A stretch of DNA of 64,000 nt from a virus (Duplodnaviria > Caudoviricetes), in the IMG/VR virus record IMGVR_UViG_3300022923_000005, positions 68,572 through 132,571 of that record; one strand, given 5' to 3'. The notes under the pieces were generated by a model. That model searched no databases, was not told the DNA's origin, and worked only from the letters and a program-made list of their open reading frames with translations. This document shows, in pieces, positions 20,709-29,894 of the stretch. Within the stretch, counting starts at the first letter, position 1. Each line of letters begins with the position of its first letter. The position numbers were made by a program, and so were the translations under genes.

Positions 20709-22100
20709 TTAGCCGAGTATAAGGCTGTATTCGTTACCTAAATCTTCCATAAGATTAATGTCTACTTCAGCACCACCACCTGTTGCAACCCTATATCCTG
20801 CTGTAGTTTGAGAGCCTACTGTAAGGGTAACATCGTTGACAGCATCTGTGCCGCCTAGGAAAACTGCTCCTGAAATAGTAATGGAATTAGTTGCATTATA
20901 ACCAATTCCTTCTTCGGTAATTTCGACGCTTAGAACGCCTGATGCAATAGTTAATCTACACTCAAACCCATTACCAAAACCGTTGGTAGATGTAGGTCCA
21001 CTATTAATAATTTGATCTACTAAACCTGATATATTGCTACTTGCAATTGTTACTGCTTCAACTTGTCCGGCAAAACACTCTAAACGCTGTCCGTCAGTAT
21101 TCCATCTTGTATCGCCAATTTCTGGTACACTAGGTCTAGTGCTATCGTCACCTGCTGGAATCTTAAATGCATTTGTACCCATAAATCTAAGATATCCAAT
21201 TCCTGTATTACGCATTTTGACTGGCTCAGTTGCTGACATATTTGTTATATCATTGTTTTGAAAATCAAACCCTTCAATATGTGTAATACCTGTATCAGGC
21301 GAAAGGAAAAAATCATCATCTGATTGTAAACCAAATAATTGATTGCTTACACCATTTAACCACATCTGATCACTAACTTTAACTGCATTAGGTCTGTTAG
21401 TTTCAACATTTGTTAAGTCTGGTGTATACATACTGTTCCATCTTCTTACAGTACTATCAACAATATTTCCTGTACCAAAATCATACTGGTCGTCATCGCC
21501 TGGAATAATTGATTGTGAAAAATCTGGAATAATTTCTATAGTGTCGCCACCAGGTGTATCTGGATTGTAAAGTTCGTCACCTAAAATTATATTTGAATAT
21601 TTTGTAAGATTACCATCAACTGTTACATTACCTGTAACATTCATATTACCTAAAAAACTTCCTGCTGATTGTACGTCTACAATACCTGTGCCACTTGCAC
21701 TTAGTTCTACTGCTGTTGCTGAATTATTACTGCTTATTACATTGTCAGTAAACTGTAAATCGTCTGTACGCATACGTTCCATTACAATAGTACCCATACC
21801 GCCATTTAACATAATGTTGATAGGTCCTACAACGGAACTAAATTTTGCTGTATCTGCGTCAACAGTTACATTATCTATTTTTGCATTTTGTGTTACAGAA
21901 GCATTAGTTGTCTTTACATCTGTTCTTACATCTAAATCATATAAAGGAGCGTCAGTCTTAATACCTATAAGACCGTTTTCAACATCAAATTGTAATATTG
22001 GTGTTGCATCAAACGTAGTATTTTTAAAAGCAAGATTTACTCCTTCTCTTGTAAGAGTAGAGTTGAGTAAGTGTCCGCCAATTCGCCCCAATTGAGCCAT
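20709..22100 (-). CDS. Tail fibre/shaft protein, paralogue of 19526-20593
   Basis: Starts MAQLGRIGGHLL versus MAIGRISGPLL; IP.GDD.TRP...GDTRWNT; ends YSLILG. Confidence 0.65.
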   Translation of the reverse strand: MAQLGRIGGHLLNSTLTREGVNLAFKNTTFDATPILQFDVENGLIGIKTDAPLYDLDVRTDVKTTNASVTQNAKIDNVTVDADTAKFSSVVGPINIMLNGGMGTIVMERMRTDDLQFTDNVISSNNSATAVELSASGTGIVDVQSAGSFLGNMNVTGNVTVDGNLTKYSNIILGDELYNPDTPGGDTIEIIPDFSQSIIPGDDDQYDFGTGNIVDSTVRRWNSMYTPDLTNVETNRPNAVKVSDQMWLNGVSNQLFGLQSDDDFFLSPDTGITHIEGFDFQNNDITNMSATEPVKMRNTGIGYLRFMGTNAFKIPAGDDSTRPSVPEIGDTRWNTDGQRLECFAGQVEAVTIASSNISGLVDQIINSGPTSTNGFGNGFECRLTIASGVLSVEITEEGIGYNATNSITISGAVFLGGTDAVNDVTLTVGSQTTAGYRVATGGGAEVDINLMEDLGNEYSLILG

Positions 22101-22110
22101 CTACTTCTCC

Positions 22111-22638
22111 TTAGTTTGCAAATCCAAAAAATACTGTAATATTTTTACTAAAAGGTACTGGACTAGTAAATTTTAAATACCAACCATCTGCATATGGTGC
22201 TCCAGGTCCTGATAAACTTCCGCTTGAACTTTGTTCTAGTGTAAAGTTAGTTGTTGGAATTTGCATTACGTTTTCAACAAGCACAATAACATTATTTGCA
22301 CTTGCAGGAATATTTGCTAAAGGACCAAATACTGTTTCAACAGCATCGCCAGGACCAAAAGATTCAATGCTAATTGCACTTGCACCTGCTGCTCTAATTG
22401 TTTCCCAATTGTTTCCAACATATCCTTCAATTTCGTTTGTATCTGTATTATAACGAATTGACCCATTAGCATCTGTAGGTTGTCTCACGCCAGACACTTG
22501 TGGTCTTTGTGCTGTTGTGCCTTTAGGCATTAACAAAGCACCGTTTGCATCCATCACAACTCGACCATATGGATTTACACTAATAGTGTTATCGCTTGGA
22601 CTGTACTTTGATGTATTTTGTGCTTTTAAAAACTTCAT
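22111..22638 (-). CDS. Fibre-associated virion protein
   Basis: PKGTTAQRP...GSIRYNTD...EGY....W domain plus V.VENVMQ.P...F baseplate-type domain. Confidence 0.6.
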   Translation of the reverse strand: MKFLKAQNTSKYSPSDNTISVNPYGRVVMDANGALLMPKGTTAQRPQVSGVRQPTDANGSIRYNTDTNEIEGYVGNNWETIRAAGASAISIESFGPGDAVETVFGPLANIPASANNVIVLVENVMQIPTTNFTLEQSSSGSLSGPGAPYADGWYLKFTSPVPFSKNITVFFGFAN

Positions 22639-22641
22639 TAT

Positions 22642-23289
22642 CTATCCTTCGTTTGGTATCATTACCCTGTCAATATTACGTGAACATACTTCTACTACTT
22701 TGTAATTTAGTTCCTCAATAGCATATTCTAAAGCAAACTTTTGCCAACTAAATCTTTCAGGTAATGAAGTATCCCAACTAGCATCTTCTACAATTAAAAG
22801 AGGCTTATGTTTTTTTATTGTTTCTGTTGCTCCTACAAGCACATCCCAGTCTCCGCCATCACAATCAATCTTAATGTAATCTATATTTTCAAAATCAAAA
22901 TCGTCAATTGCATAGTAAATTTGACTAGGGTGTATTTTTGCTCTTAAACGGAACCTCATTTTTTCTGCTTCTTGTCCTACTGCACAATGAAAGTGTGTTA
23001 CTTTATCTTGTGCTACATTGTAGGGAAAAAACTTTCTACATCTTTGATCAAAACAAAATACGTGTTCAAAATCGTGTTGTAAGTATCTTGAAAATTCACC
23101 GTCTCTACATCCAATATCAATAGCATTACGATAATTTTTAATGTAAGGCTTGCTTAATATGTATGTTTGCTTACAGTGATGATCTGGGAACTCCTTAATA
23201 CCATCAGGACTATAAAAGAAGTCAGTATCAAACCATTCAGGTTTATAACTCCAAGTGTCCCAATGTGTGGCTTCTAATGGATATCCCAT
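22642..23289 (-). CDS. FkbM-family SAM-dependent methyltransferase
   Basis: AIDIGCRDGEFS motif I; IDYIKIDCDGGDWDVLVGATETIKKHKPLLIVE is FkbM-like. Confidence 0.75.
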   Translation of the reverse strand: MGYPLEATHWDTWSYKPEWFDTDFFYSPDGIKEFPDHHCKQTYILSKPYIKNYRNAIDIGCRDGEFSRYLQHDFEHVFCFDQRCRKFFPYNVAQDKVTHFHCAVGQEAEKMRFRLRAKIHPSQIYYAIDDFDFENIDYIKIDCDGGDWDVLVGATETIKKHKPLLIVEDASWDTSLPERFSWQKFALEYAIEELNYKVVEVCSRNIDRVMIPNEG

Positions 23290-23298
23290 AATAAATCC

Positions 23299-23676
23299 TT
23301 AAACCGGTAACGTACTAATAGTTACAGCAAGTAATCCTGAAGCACTAGTTGCTACCCAAACTTCATCCCCTTCGTCTAAAACAATTTTTTCATCGCTGAA
23401 AAATACTGTTTCTCCTGCTGGCACTGTTAATCTACTTACAACAGTGTTTGCAGCACTAGGTGAATCACCGCTAGGAACAATATGAATAGTTGCAACAATT
23501 GTGTTAACTGATTCGTCAGTAATATCAAGTGTACCTGTATTACATAACGCCATTGTAGTAATAGCATTACGCTGTCCTGTAACTGCACCGCCAATCGGTG
23601 CGCCCGTTGTACTACTTGTAAATACCTTAACCGGAACTGTTACGTCTGTTGATGTGCTTAATGTATTTGTTATCAT
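23299..23676 (-). CDS. Small virion adaptor-like protein
   Basis: AITTMALCN...TVPAGET...EKIVLDEGDEV; same family as 5337 and 19187. Confidence 0.55.
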   Translation of the reverse strand: MITNTLSTSTDVTVPVKVFTSSTTGAPIGGAVTGQRNAITTMALCNTGTLDITDESVNTIVATIHIVPSGDSPSAANTVVSRLTVPAGETVFFSDEKIVLDEGDEVWVATSASGLLAVTISTLPV

Positions 23677-23685
23677 CTCTTTATC

Positions 23686-24657
23686 CTAAAATAGCATACT
23701 TAATAATAATGCTTTGTTTTTACTTATCAATTCGTCACTAACACCATTGGAGCCTACGAACACAATCCCTGACCCGCCTATGCCTGGAGTACAAGCGTGT
23801 ATAATAGTAGAACCGTTTACAAATGCAGGTGTTACAGCAATCTCTTCTAATTCAATTGCATAGTTAGTTTGTAATTTACCTGTTCCTTGTGTTCTTACAA
23901 ACACGTTAGCGTTTGTATCGTTATTTGTAAGTTCGTTACCTATAATTTCTATATCTTGAATTACAGTTCTATTTGTGTAAAATTGTGTATTTAAAATACC
24001 GTCAACTAAAACTGATACTCCACTTTCTCCAAATGTACTGTAACCTGTTTCATCTTCTAAATATTGTAATGAACCAGTTACGTCTTTCTCACTAATGATA
24101 ACTCTTGTGTTGTCATCAATAATTTGGAATGTTGGATTATCTCTAATGCTGTCATCAACATATTTTTTGTTAGGAATATCGTCATCGTCTGTAATTTGTT
24201 GTTCGTAATTTGTTGTACCGCTAACTTTAACAACACCGCCACCGGTACCAATAAGTGTTAAATCACCTGAGTCTGTATCTGAATTAGTTAAAATACTTCT
24301 AAGTCTTAATTTAGACGTAGCATAGTTAACTGCTCCGCCTTCAACAGAGCCTATAGCAATATTAAATGCATCATCATTTTCGTCATAAAAGAATGATACT
24401 GGTTCTGATGTACCTCTATCAATTTCTAAACCTGAATATCTTAATGATACTCCTGCGCCTGTTTCACCAACGTTTAATCTGATGATATTATCTTGAACAT
24501 CTAAGTTTTCTGCACTAACAGTAAGTGTATCACCTTCAACAACAAGGTTACCTGTAACTTTAATCTGGCCTATTCTTGGACCAGTATCAAGAGTAATAAC
24601 ACCACCTTCGTATGTCTTTATAGTGTAGTCACCGTTAGTTTGTAAAAACTGTGCCAT
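23686..24657 (-). CDS. Tail fibre-like virion protein
   Basis: VTGNLVVEGD...LDVQDNIIRLN...SGLEIDRG; DDDIPNKKYVD; hydrophobic end ALLLSMLF. Confidence 0.6.
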   Translation of the reverse strand: MAQFLQTNGDYTIKTYEGGVITLDTGPRIGQIKVTGNLVVEGDTLTVSAENLDVQDNIIRLNVGETGAGVSLRYSGLEIDRGTSEPVSFFYDENDDAFNIAIGSVEGGAVNYATSKLRLRSILTNSDTDSGDLTLIGTGGGVVKVSGTTNYEQQITDDDDIPNKKYVDDSIRDNPTFQIIDDNTRVIISEKDVTGSLQYLEDETGYSTFGESGVSVLVDGILNTQFYTNRTVIQDIEIIGNELTNNDTNANVFVRTQGTGKLQTNYAIELEEIAVTPAFVNGSTIIHACTPGIGGSGIVFVGSNGVSDELISKNKALLLSMLF

Positions 24658-25020
24658 CTATATTCCCTTTAGCAAAACTATACGTTGAGATGAATCATCA
24701 TCTACTTCCCAACTATAATTTTTATTTGTAAAATCTTTCATCACGTTATCAACTATTTCTTTTATAAAAACCCAAACACTTGATTCTAAAACTAATCCGG
24801 ATAATGACATTTCATTATCTTCTAGTTCGCTTACTTGTTTTTTAACAAGTTTACAAATGCCTACGTTGCCTTCTCTATCTTCTACCTTAAACTCTGAGTT
24901 TGAAATTTGTGCTAAGACGTTACCGTTATGGCACGCCTTAGCACTTTCAATTTTAACCGAAACAACCAAGTCTTTTAGATTTTTTAAAAAATCCCAAAAT
25001 ACATTAATTGGTGGTTCCAT
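24658..25020 (-). CDS. Hypothetical protein, diverged paralogue of 25033-25482
   Basis: Colinear shared residues: M..P.N, G.V/I..Q..S..F, C.L, L...EM..S, W. Confidence 0.55.
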   Translation of the reverse strand: MEPPINVFWDFLKNLKDLVVSVKIESAKACHNGNVLAQISNSEFKVEDREGNVGICKLVKKQVSELEDNEMSLSGLVLESSVWVFIKEIVDNVMKDFTNKNYSWEVDDDSSQRIVLLKGI

Positions 25021-25032
25021 CCTCAGTTATCC

Positions 25033-25482
25033 TTAAGCGTCTTCAGTGAAGTCGTCGTCATCAGTACCAGTTAAGGTATTGTCATCACCTGCTTCTTCAA
25101 CTTGTGCTGCGCCATCTGAAGTAGATGTTGCAAAGTTCCAAGGAACAGTCAAACCGTCATATGCGTTTGAACCTGTTGCTGTAGGTGCTGATAGTGTTGC
25201 TTTCTTTCCAGCAATTTTACTTACTAGATAAGTTTCACTGTCGTCCATTTTAAACGAAATACACATTTCACCTGCTGCTAAGTTTGCTGGCAATTTACCA
25301 GTTGTTAGTACACAAGTATATTCGCCTGCTGTTTCAATTTCTTCGCATACAAATTTCTTTGAACCTTTTTGCTTTACGATATAACCTTCTTTAACTGCTG
25401 TGTCGTTATGAAAGTTTACTTTGATTTCAGATCCAGCCGCTGTTGGCTCTCCGAATAATCTTTTGTTTAGTGGTCTTCCCAT
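25033..25482 (-). CDS. Virion protein, candidate capsid decoration protein
   Basis: Start moved to ATG 25482 (MGRPLNKRLFG) behind an AGGAG RBS; has its own late promoter; close downstream of the major capsid gene. Confidence 0.55.
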   Translation of the reverse strand: MGRPLNKRLFGEPTAAGSEIKVNFHNDTAVKEGYIVKQKGSKKFVCEEIETAGEYTCVLTTGKLPANLAAGEMCISFKMDDSETYLVSKIAGKKATLSAPTATGSNAYDGLTVPWNFATSTSDGAAQVEEAGDDNTLTGTDDDDFTEDA

Positions 25483-25587
25483 TTGTTTTCTCCTATATAA
25501 GTAGTCCAATCCGGGTTCTATCCGGTACGCTGTGGGTTAAACAGCATAAGTCCGCCTTGCGGCTCGCTATCTGACACAAGTATTTAT
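25483..25587 (-). promoter_or_regulatory. Late promoter ATAAATA (25587-25581) plus structured 5' leader
   Basis: Minus strand: GCC-GCAA-GGC hairpin, TATGCTGT/ACAGCGTA stem with a G-U pair, CCGG/CCGG stem. Confidence 0.55.
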
Positions 25588-25856
25588 CTTTTAGATAATA
25601 AAGCCATAAGCTCTACTTTACTAATAGCAGTAAGTATGCGATTAATATGGTCTAATTCTTCTTGTGCTTTTTCTAGATAAGTTGTGCGTTTTGTTTGCTT
25701 ATATTTTATAATATGCTCCATATGTTCCTTCATATGCTTTTCTAACATTTTATCAAATGTTTTAACATCGTGAGCAAACATAGGAAAACGTTTCCGCCAC
25801 TTTTGTAATTGATCTCTAAGTTTAGGAAAATCTCTGTAACTTGTAATCTTTTCCAT
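25584..25856 (-). CDS. Hypothetical basic helical protein
   Basis: Probable start ATG 25856 (MEKITSY), preceded by TAAATA at 25867-25862. Confidence 0.55.
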   Translation of the reverse strand: MEKITSYRDFPKLRDQLQKWRKRFPMFAHDVKTFDKMLEKHMKEHMEHIIKYKQTKRTTYLEKAQEELDHINRILTAISKVELMALLSKR

Positions 25857-25888
25857 ATTGCTATTTAACAATCAGAAAGTCAAGTCAT

Positions 25889-25918
25889 AAAAAAAGGGCA
25901 GTGTTTCCACCGCCCTTT
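25889..25918 (-). terminator. Rho-independent terminator after the major capsid gene
   Basis: Minus strand AAAGGGCGGTG-GAAA-CACTGCCC followed by T7. Confidence 0.9.
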
Positions 25919-25940
25919 CTAAATACTCTAATGAGTTGGC

Positions 25941-27113
25941 TTACGCAAAACGTAAGTTTGCTGATGTTACAGCAACTTTACCCAAGTAGTCAGCCGCATT
26001 ACCAAGAGATGATGCAGTGTTTGTTAACTCTACATAACCATATCTTGTCATAAACGAAACTACTGGCTCAAAAGTACCTGGATCAAGTACAACACCAGAT
26101 GACATTAAAGGAATGTATGGGCAATAGAATGCTGCCGCATCTGATTCTGAAGATCCTTTGTAACCAACAAGTACATCGTCTGATGTAGCATAGCCGTTTA
26201 CGTATACTTTCATAGCACTGTTTAAAGTTCCTACAAACTTAGTGTTTGTTGGTGCTTCAAATGTACCTTCTGTAGTTCTAGCAAATGCTGAAGTTGTAGC
26301 AGACTGTAATAATGTTAATACAGTTGGTGATACAACAGCCCAGTTACCAGCACCACGACGTGTACGCTGTGCAATCAAGTTGCTAACTCTGTTGATTTGA
26401 ACAGCAAGTGCTGCGTGTTCGTCACCAACGAAAGTAGCAGTACCTGATACTGCGCCTTGGTCGTATGTAAGTGCTGCTGTGCCAGCAAGTGTTGATAAAG
26501 AAGTAATAACTTCTTGGTCGATCTCAGCAGTAATTTCCTGCGCTAACGCAGCCATAATTTCTGCTTCAACATCAATACCTTGTTGTGCTTGAGCATCTTG
26601 AGCAGCCTCAAAAGTCCAGCGAGCTGATAACTTACGAGTTTTTGCTTCTACAGTTTGTTTCAAGATTTGAATTGAAAGTCTGTTACCAGCAGCGCCTTCT
26701 AATGAAGCAGTTGAACCTGCTTTAATATCGTCGTTACCTGAATAACCTTCAGCAATCTTGAATGGGCTTAGTGCCTCTTCACCTGCTGTGGCACCTGTGC
26801 CTGAGCTAGATGAAAAATCGTCAGCATATCTTACACGTAATGTGTGGATTTGGCCAACTGGTCCAGTCATTGGTTGTACACCAACAAGTTCATTTGCAAT
26901 GACTGTTGGCATTACACGTCTGATCACTGGTAGGATCACACGATTTAGTGTTGCAACGTTGCCAGCGGAAGTGGCGCCTGCTGTAGCACTCTCTGACAAA
27001 TACTTACGGGTATTCTCGAGAGTTGCCTCCATTACAGAACGCTTGTTACCTTGGAGCCCTTCTAAAAGTGCGCCTTTGGTTTCCGACCAGCGTGACTCTA
27101 ATAATTGTGACAT
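25941..27113 (-). CDS. gp23: Major capsid protein (T4 gp23 family)
   Basis: LVGVQPMTGPVG, KTRKLSARWTFEAAQD, FYCPYIPL, F.P...FMTRYG; start set at 27113 (MSQLLE) behind AAGGAG. Confidence 0.95.
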   Translation of the reverse strand: MSQLLESRWSETKGALLEGLQGNKRSVMEATLENTRKYLSESATAGATSAGNVATLNRVILPVIRRVMPTVIANELVGVQPMTGPVGQIHTLRVRYADDFSSSSGTGATAGEEALSPFKIAEGYSGNDDIKAGSTASLEGAAGNRLSIQILKQTVEAKTRKLSARWTFEAAQDAQAQQGIDVEAEIMAALAQEITAEIDQEVITSLSTLAGTAALTYDQGAVSGTATFVGDEHAALAVQINRVSNLIAQRTRRGAGNWAVVSPTVLTLLQSATTSAFARTTEGTFEAPTNTKFVGTLNSAMKVYVNGYATSDDVLVGYKGSSESDAAAFYCPYIPLMSSGVVLDPGTFEPVVSFMTRYGYVELTNTASSLGNAADYLGKVAVTSANLRFA

Positions 27114-27126
27114 TTTGTTTATCTCC

Positions 27127-28224
27127 TTAAATTTTAAGTCCCGCAAGTCTGCGGATGTCAAATATCTCAGCGGTCTTATTCTCTTGACCGTTGATATGTG
27201 CCTGTGTTTCTTTATCGCCTGTTACTTCCTTAGCCTCGTTCAACGCTACTTTCTTAGTAGATTTTCCATCCATTACGGCTGGAATATACTTGTCGAATGT
27301 TGCGTGTAGTTTATCTGTTTGGACAGATTCTAAAAGTTCACTCATTACTTCTTGCTTTTCTTTGTTTAGAGGTGATAACAATTCTGCCATTACTTCTTTA
27401 CGCTGAGCTGCATCTTGCATACGAGCAATTTCTGCGTCTTTGCTTTCAGTCAACTTCTCTGCTTCCTCTGCTTTCGCATTGGCTTCTTTAACTGCTTCTT
27501 CTCTTTGTTTTACAACTTTAAGAAGTTTTGCTGTTTCAGATTTTTCGTTTAGATGACTTGCTGCATACTCACTTGCGAAACTTTCAAAAATTCTGCGACC
27601 AAAATCGTTTTTGCGAGCTGCTTCAATATCTTCTTTTAACTGACCCATCTCTGCTTTCAAGCCTTTACGTACAGTTGTTTCAACTACTGTTGAAGCTCTG
27701 TCAATAAAGTCTTTCTTGATTGCTTCGAATTTAGCCTTGCTATCACGTACCAATTTAACTTTGGTTTCAGCAAGATCTTTTTTATCAGAGTGGAATTCTG
27801 CGATTTCTTTCGCTAATGCATCCACGATAAAAGATTCTAATTTAGCAACATTGCCCGCTGCTGACTTACGATCTTCACGAAGTTCGTCTAGTTCCTTTTT
27901 CAAGTTGTTAAGAACGAATGATTCCATTGCTTTAGAATCTTTCTTCATTTTCTTAGCATACTTGGCTCTAGCCTCGATAAGTCCCTGACGGTCTTCAGCA
28001 AATTCAGATAATTCAGCAGTAATTCTGTCTGAAAGCATCTTCTCTACTGCTTCTGCCATTTGAGCTTTATCGTGTTCGTACTTCTGTGCAAATTCTTCAC
28101 GTAAACCAGTTGCGACTGTGTCACGGTTTTCTTGAACTGCGGTTTCCCAAGCGGTTTCAATTTCCGACTTGACTTCTTCGGAAATCACATTGTTTTCAAA
28201 CAATTGTTTTACAAAATCTAACAT
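27127..28224 (-). CDS. gp22: Prohead core scaffolding protein (gp22-like)
   Basis: Coiled-coil, Glu/Lys-rich, in the canonical position between gp21 and gp23. Confidence 0.75.
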   Translation of the reverse strand: MLDFVKQLFENNVISEEVKSEIETAWETAVQENRDTVATGLREEFAQKYEHDKAQMAEAVEKMLSDRITAELSEFAEDRQGLIEARAKYAKKMKKDSKAMESFVLNNLKKELDELREDRKSAAGNVAKLESFIVDALAKEIAEFHSDKKDLAETKVKLVRDSKAKFEAIKKDFIDRASTVVETTVRKGLKAEMGQLKEDIEAARKNDFGRRIFESFASEYAASHLNEKSETAKLLKVVKQREEAVKEANAKAEEAEKLTESKDAEIARMQDAAQRKEVMAELLSPLNKEKQEVMSELLESVQTDKLHATFDKYIPAVMDGKSTKKVALNEAKEVTGDKETQAHINGQENKTAEIFDIRRLAGLKI

Positions 28225-28235
28225 CTGTGATTCTC

Positions 28236-28862
28236 CTAATGATTTAATCCTGAAATGATTTTCTTCAAGGACTCTGCAATATACTTCTGTGCCTGTGGGT
28301 CGCCTTGTACTTCTTGTGCTAATTTAAACGCCTGGAAACCACCTTTTTCATTCATAAGGTGTTCATAAACTGGTGTAGGATAAGCACCCGGCGCACTTGG
28401 TTGTGCAACAACGTCAACAGTAATGATTTCAAAACCGTTTACGTTACCTTCTCCGTCTACTTCTCCTGAACCTCTTGAGCTAACTCCAAGTTTAACTCCG
28501 CTTTCCAACATCGTGGACACTAATTGTCCCATTGGTGTTGGAAGCATCTTAAGTTTTCCGTAACCGTTAGGACCGTCCATCCACATCTTTGTGATCATAT
28601 GGGACACACGGTCGAGGTTTATTCTTAAATCTTGAGGATGATCTACTTCACCAAGCACTGAATACCCCCCAGAAATCTGTTCGTTGAGCGTTTTGACAGC
28701 CCTATCAATTTCTTGCGAAGAATAAACACGCTGGTTAGCATTACGAATGTCACCTTGAATACAGATACCACTCAAATGTAATGTTTTACCCTCGCCTTCA
28801 TCACGCTCAATTACGATTTTAGCCTGATCGAAGCTCAGATGTTCTGCTAGTGTAGTTTTCAA
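28236..28862 (-). CDS. gp21: Prohead maturation protease (T4 gp21 family)
   Basis: N.NQRVY, LGEVDHP, LGVSSRGSG, DVVAQPSAPGAY. Confidence 0.95.
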   Translation of the reverse strand: MKTTLAEHLSFDQAKIVIERDEGEGKTLHLSGICIQGDIRNANQRVYSSQEIDRAVKTLNEQISGGYSVLGEVDHPQDLRINLDRVSHMITKMWMDGPNGYGKLKMLPTPMGQLVSTMLESGVKLGVSSRGSGEVDGEGNVNGFEIITVDVVAQPSAPGAYPTPVYEHLMNEKGGFQAFKLAQEVQGDPQAQKYIAESLKKIISGLNH

Positions 28863-28877
28863 CCTATATACCCTCTA

Positions 28878-29822
28878 TTATCTACGGCCACGGAAAATTG
28901 ATTGCTTGTTATCAGCGTTTTCGCCAGCGCCTTTCTTTTCTGCACCGTGTCCTTTTTCTGGGGACATCTTAGTTGCACCTTTAGCGCCTGGAACGTTAAC
29001 GTTGCCAGCATTTTCTTCTTTAGCGTTAATATCTGCTAATCCACCGTCATTTTTCTCTGACGCTTCACCGCCTTTTGCGATGTTAGCAGTAGTACCGCCC
29101 ATATCGTTTTTCATATTGTCAACAACTGATTTTTTGTTGTCAGCACCTTCTGCAGCACCTTTTGATTCAGCACCGTGTCCGCCTGCTACTTTTTCAACAT
29201 ACTCACGCATTGTTTCTAACTCATCTTTTGGCTCAGCAACTGCTTCTTCGCTTGACTCTGGAGCAAACATTTCGTCTTTTTCTTCTTCGTCGCCCATTTC
29301 GTCACCAGCATCGTCGCCGCCTTTGATTTCGTCAAATTTTGCTTGAAGTTCGTCAACAATTGAATCTAAATCTTGGAATAACTCTTCTGGCTCTTTTTCG
29401 CCGTCTTCGTCATCGCCTGTAATGTCTGATTCTAAGTCATCACCAGCGTCTCCGCCCATAGCATCCATTGGATCTTCGTCGTCGCCTTCTACAGCAACTT
29501 CTTCAAATTCTTCTTCTACTTCTTCGTCGTCTGCAGATTCATCAACTTCTTCGTCTTTAGATGACTCGTCAACTTCTTCGTCAGTTGCTTCGTCTACTTT
29601 ATCTTCTTCTGAATCAGCATCTTTAGAAGCCTCATCAACTTCTTCGTCTTTTGAATCTTCTTTTACGTCCTCATCTTCTTCCATTTCTTCTTCGATAAGG
29701 TTTTCGTAGATTTCTCTTGATTTTGTTACCACATATTCGTGGAATAATTCTTCTGCTTTTGCAGTATTGTCATTAACCAAATGCTCAAGCATTTGTTCTA
29801 ATGTTGTTTTTTGATCTGCCAT
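28878..29822 (-). CDS. Highly acidic prohead core protein
   Basis: D/E-rich with repeated EEVDE(S/A) units; lies upstream of gp21 like T4 gp67/gp68. Confidence 0.6.
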   Translation of the reverse strand: MADQKTTLEQMLEHLVNDNTAKAEELFHEYVVTKSREIYENLIEEEMEEDEDVKEDSKDEEVDEASKDADSEEDKVDEATDEEVDESSKDEEVDESADDEEVEEEFEEVAVEGDDEDPMDAMGGDAGDDLESDITGDDEDGEKEPEELFQDLDSIVDELQAKFDEIKGGDDAGDEMGDEEEKDEMFAPESSEEAVAEPKDELETMREYVEKVAGGHGAESKGAAEGADNKKSVVDNMKNDMGGTTANIAKGGEASEKNDGGLADINAKEENAGNVNVPGAKGATKMSPEKGHGAEKKGAGENADNKQSIFRGRR

Positions 29823-29866
29823 TTTATTCTCCTATAAATTGATTATCGTAAGGCTGTTTGTTAATG

Positions 29867-29873
29867 TATTTAC
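29867..29873 (-). promoter_or_regulatory. Late promoter GTAAATA for the head operon
   Basis: Intergenic TAAATA upstream of 29822. Confidence 0.6.
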
Positions 29874-29894
29874 ATTTTACTTATAAAAATGGGG

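Noticed and set aside
27114-27161. Longer N-terminus for the major capsid protein given by the ORF track
   Set aside because: Overlaps the gp22 end; the strong AAGGAG precedes ATG 27113.
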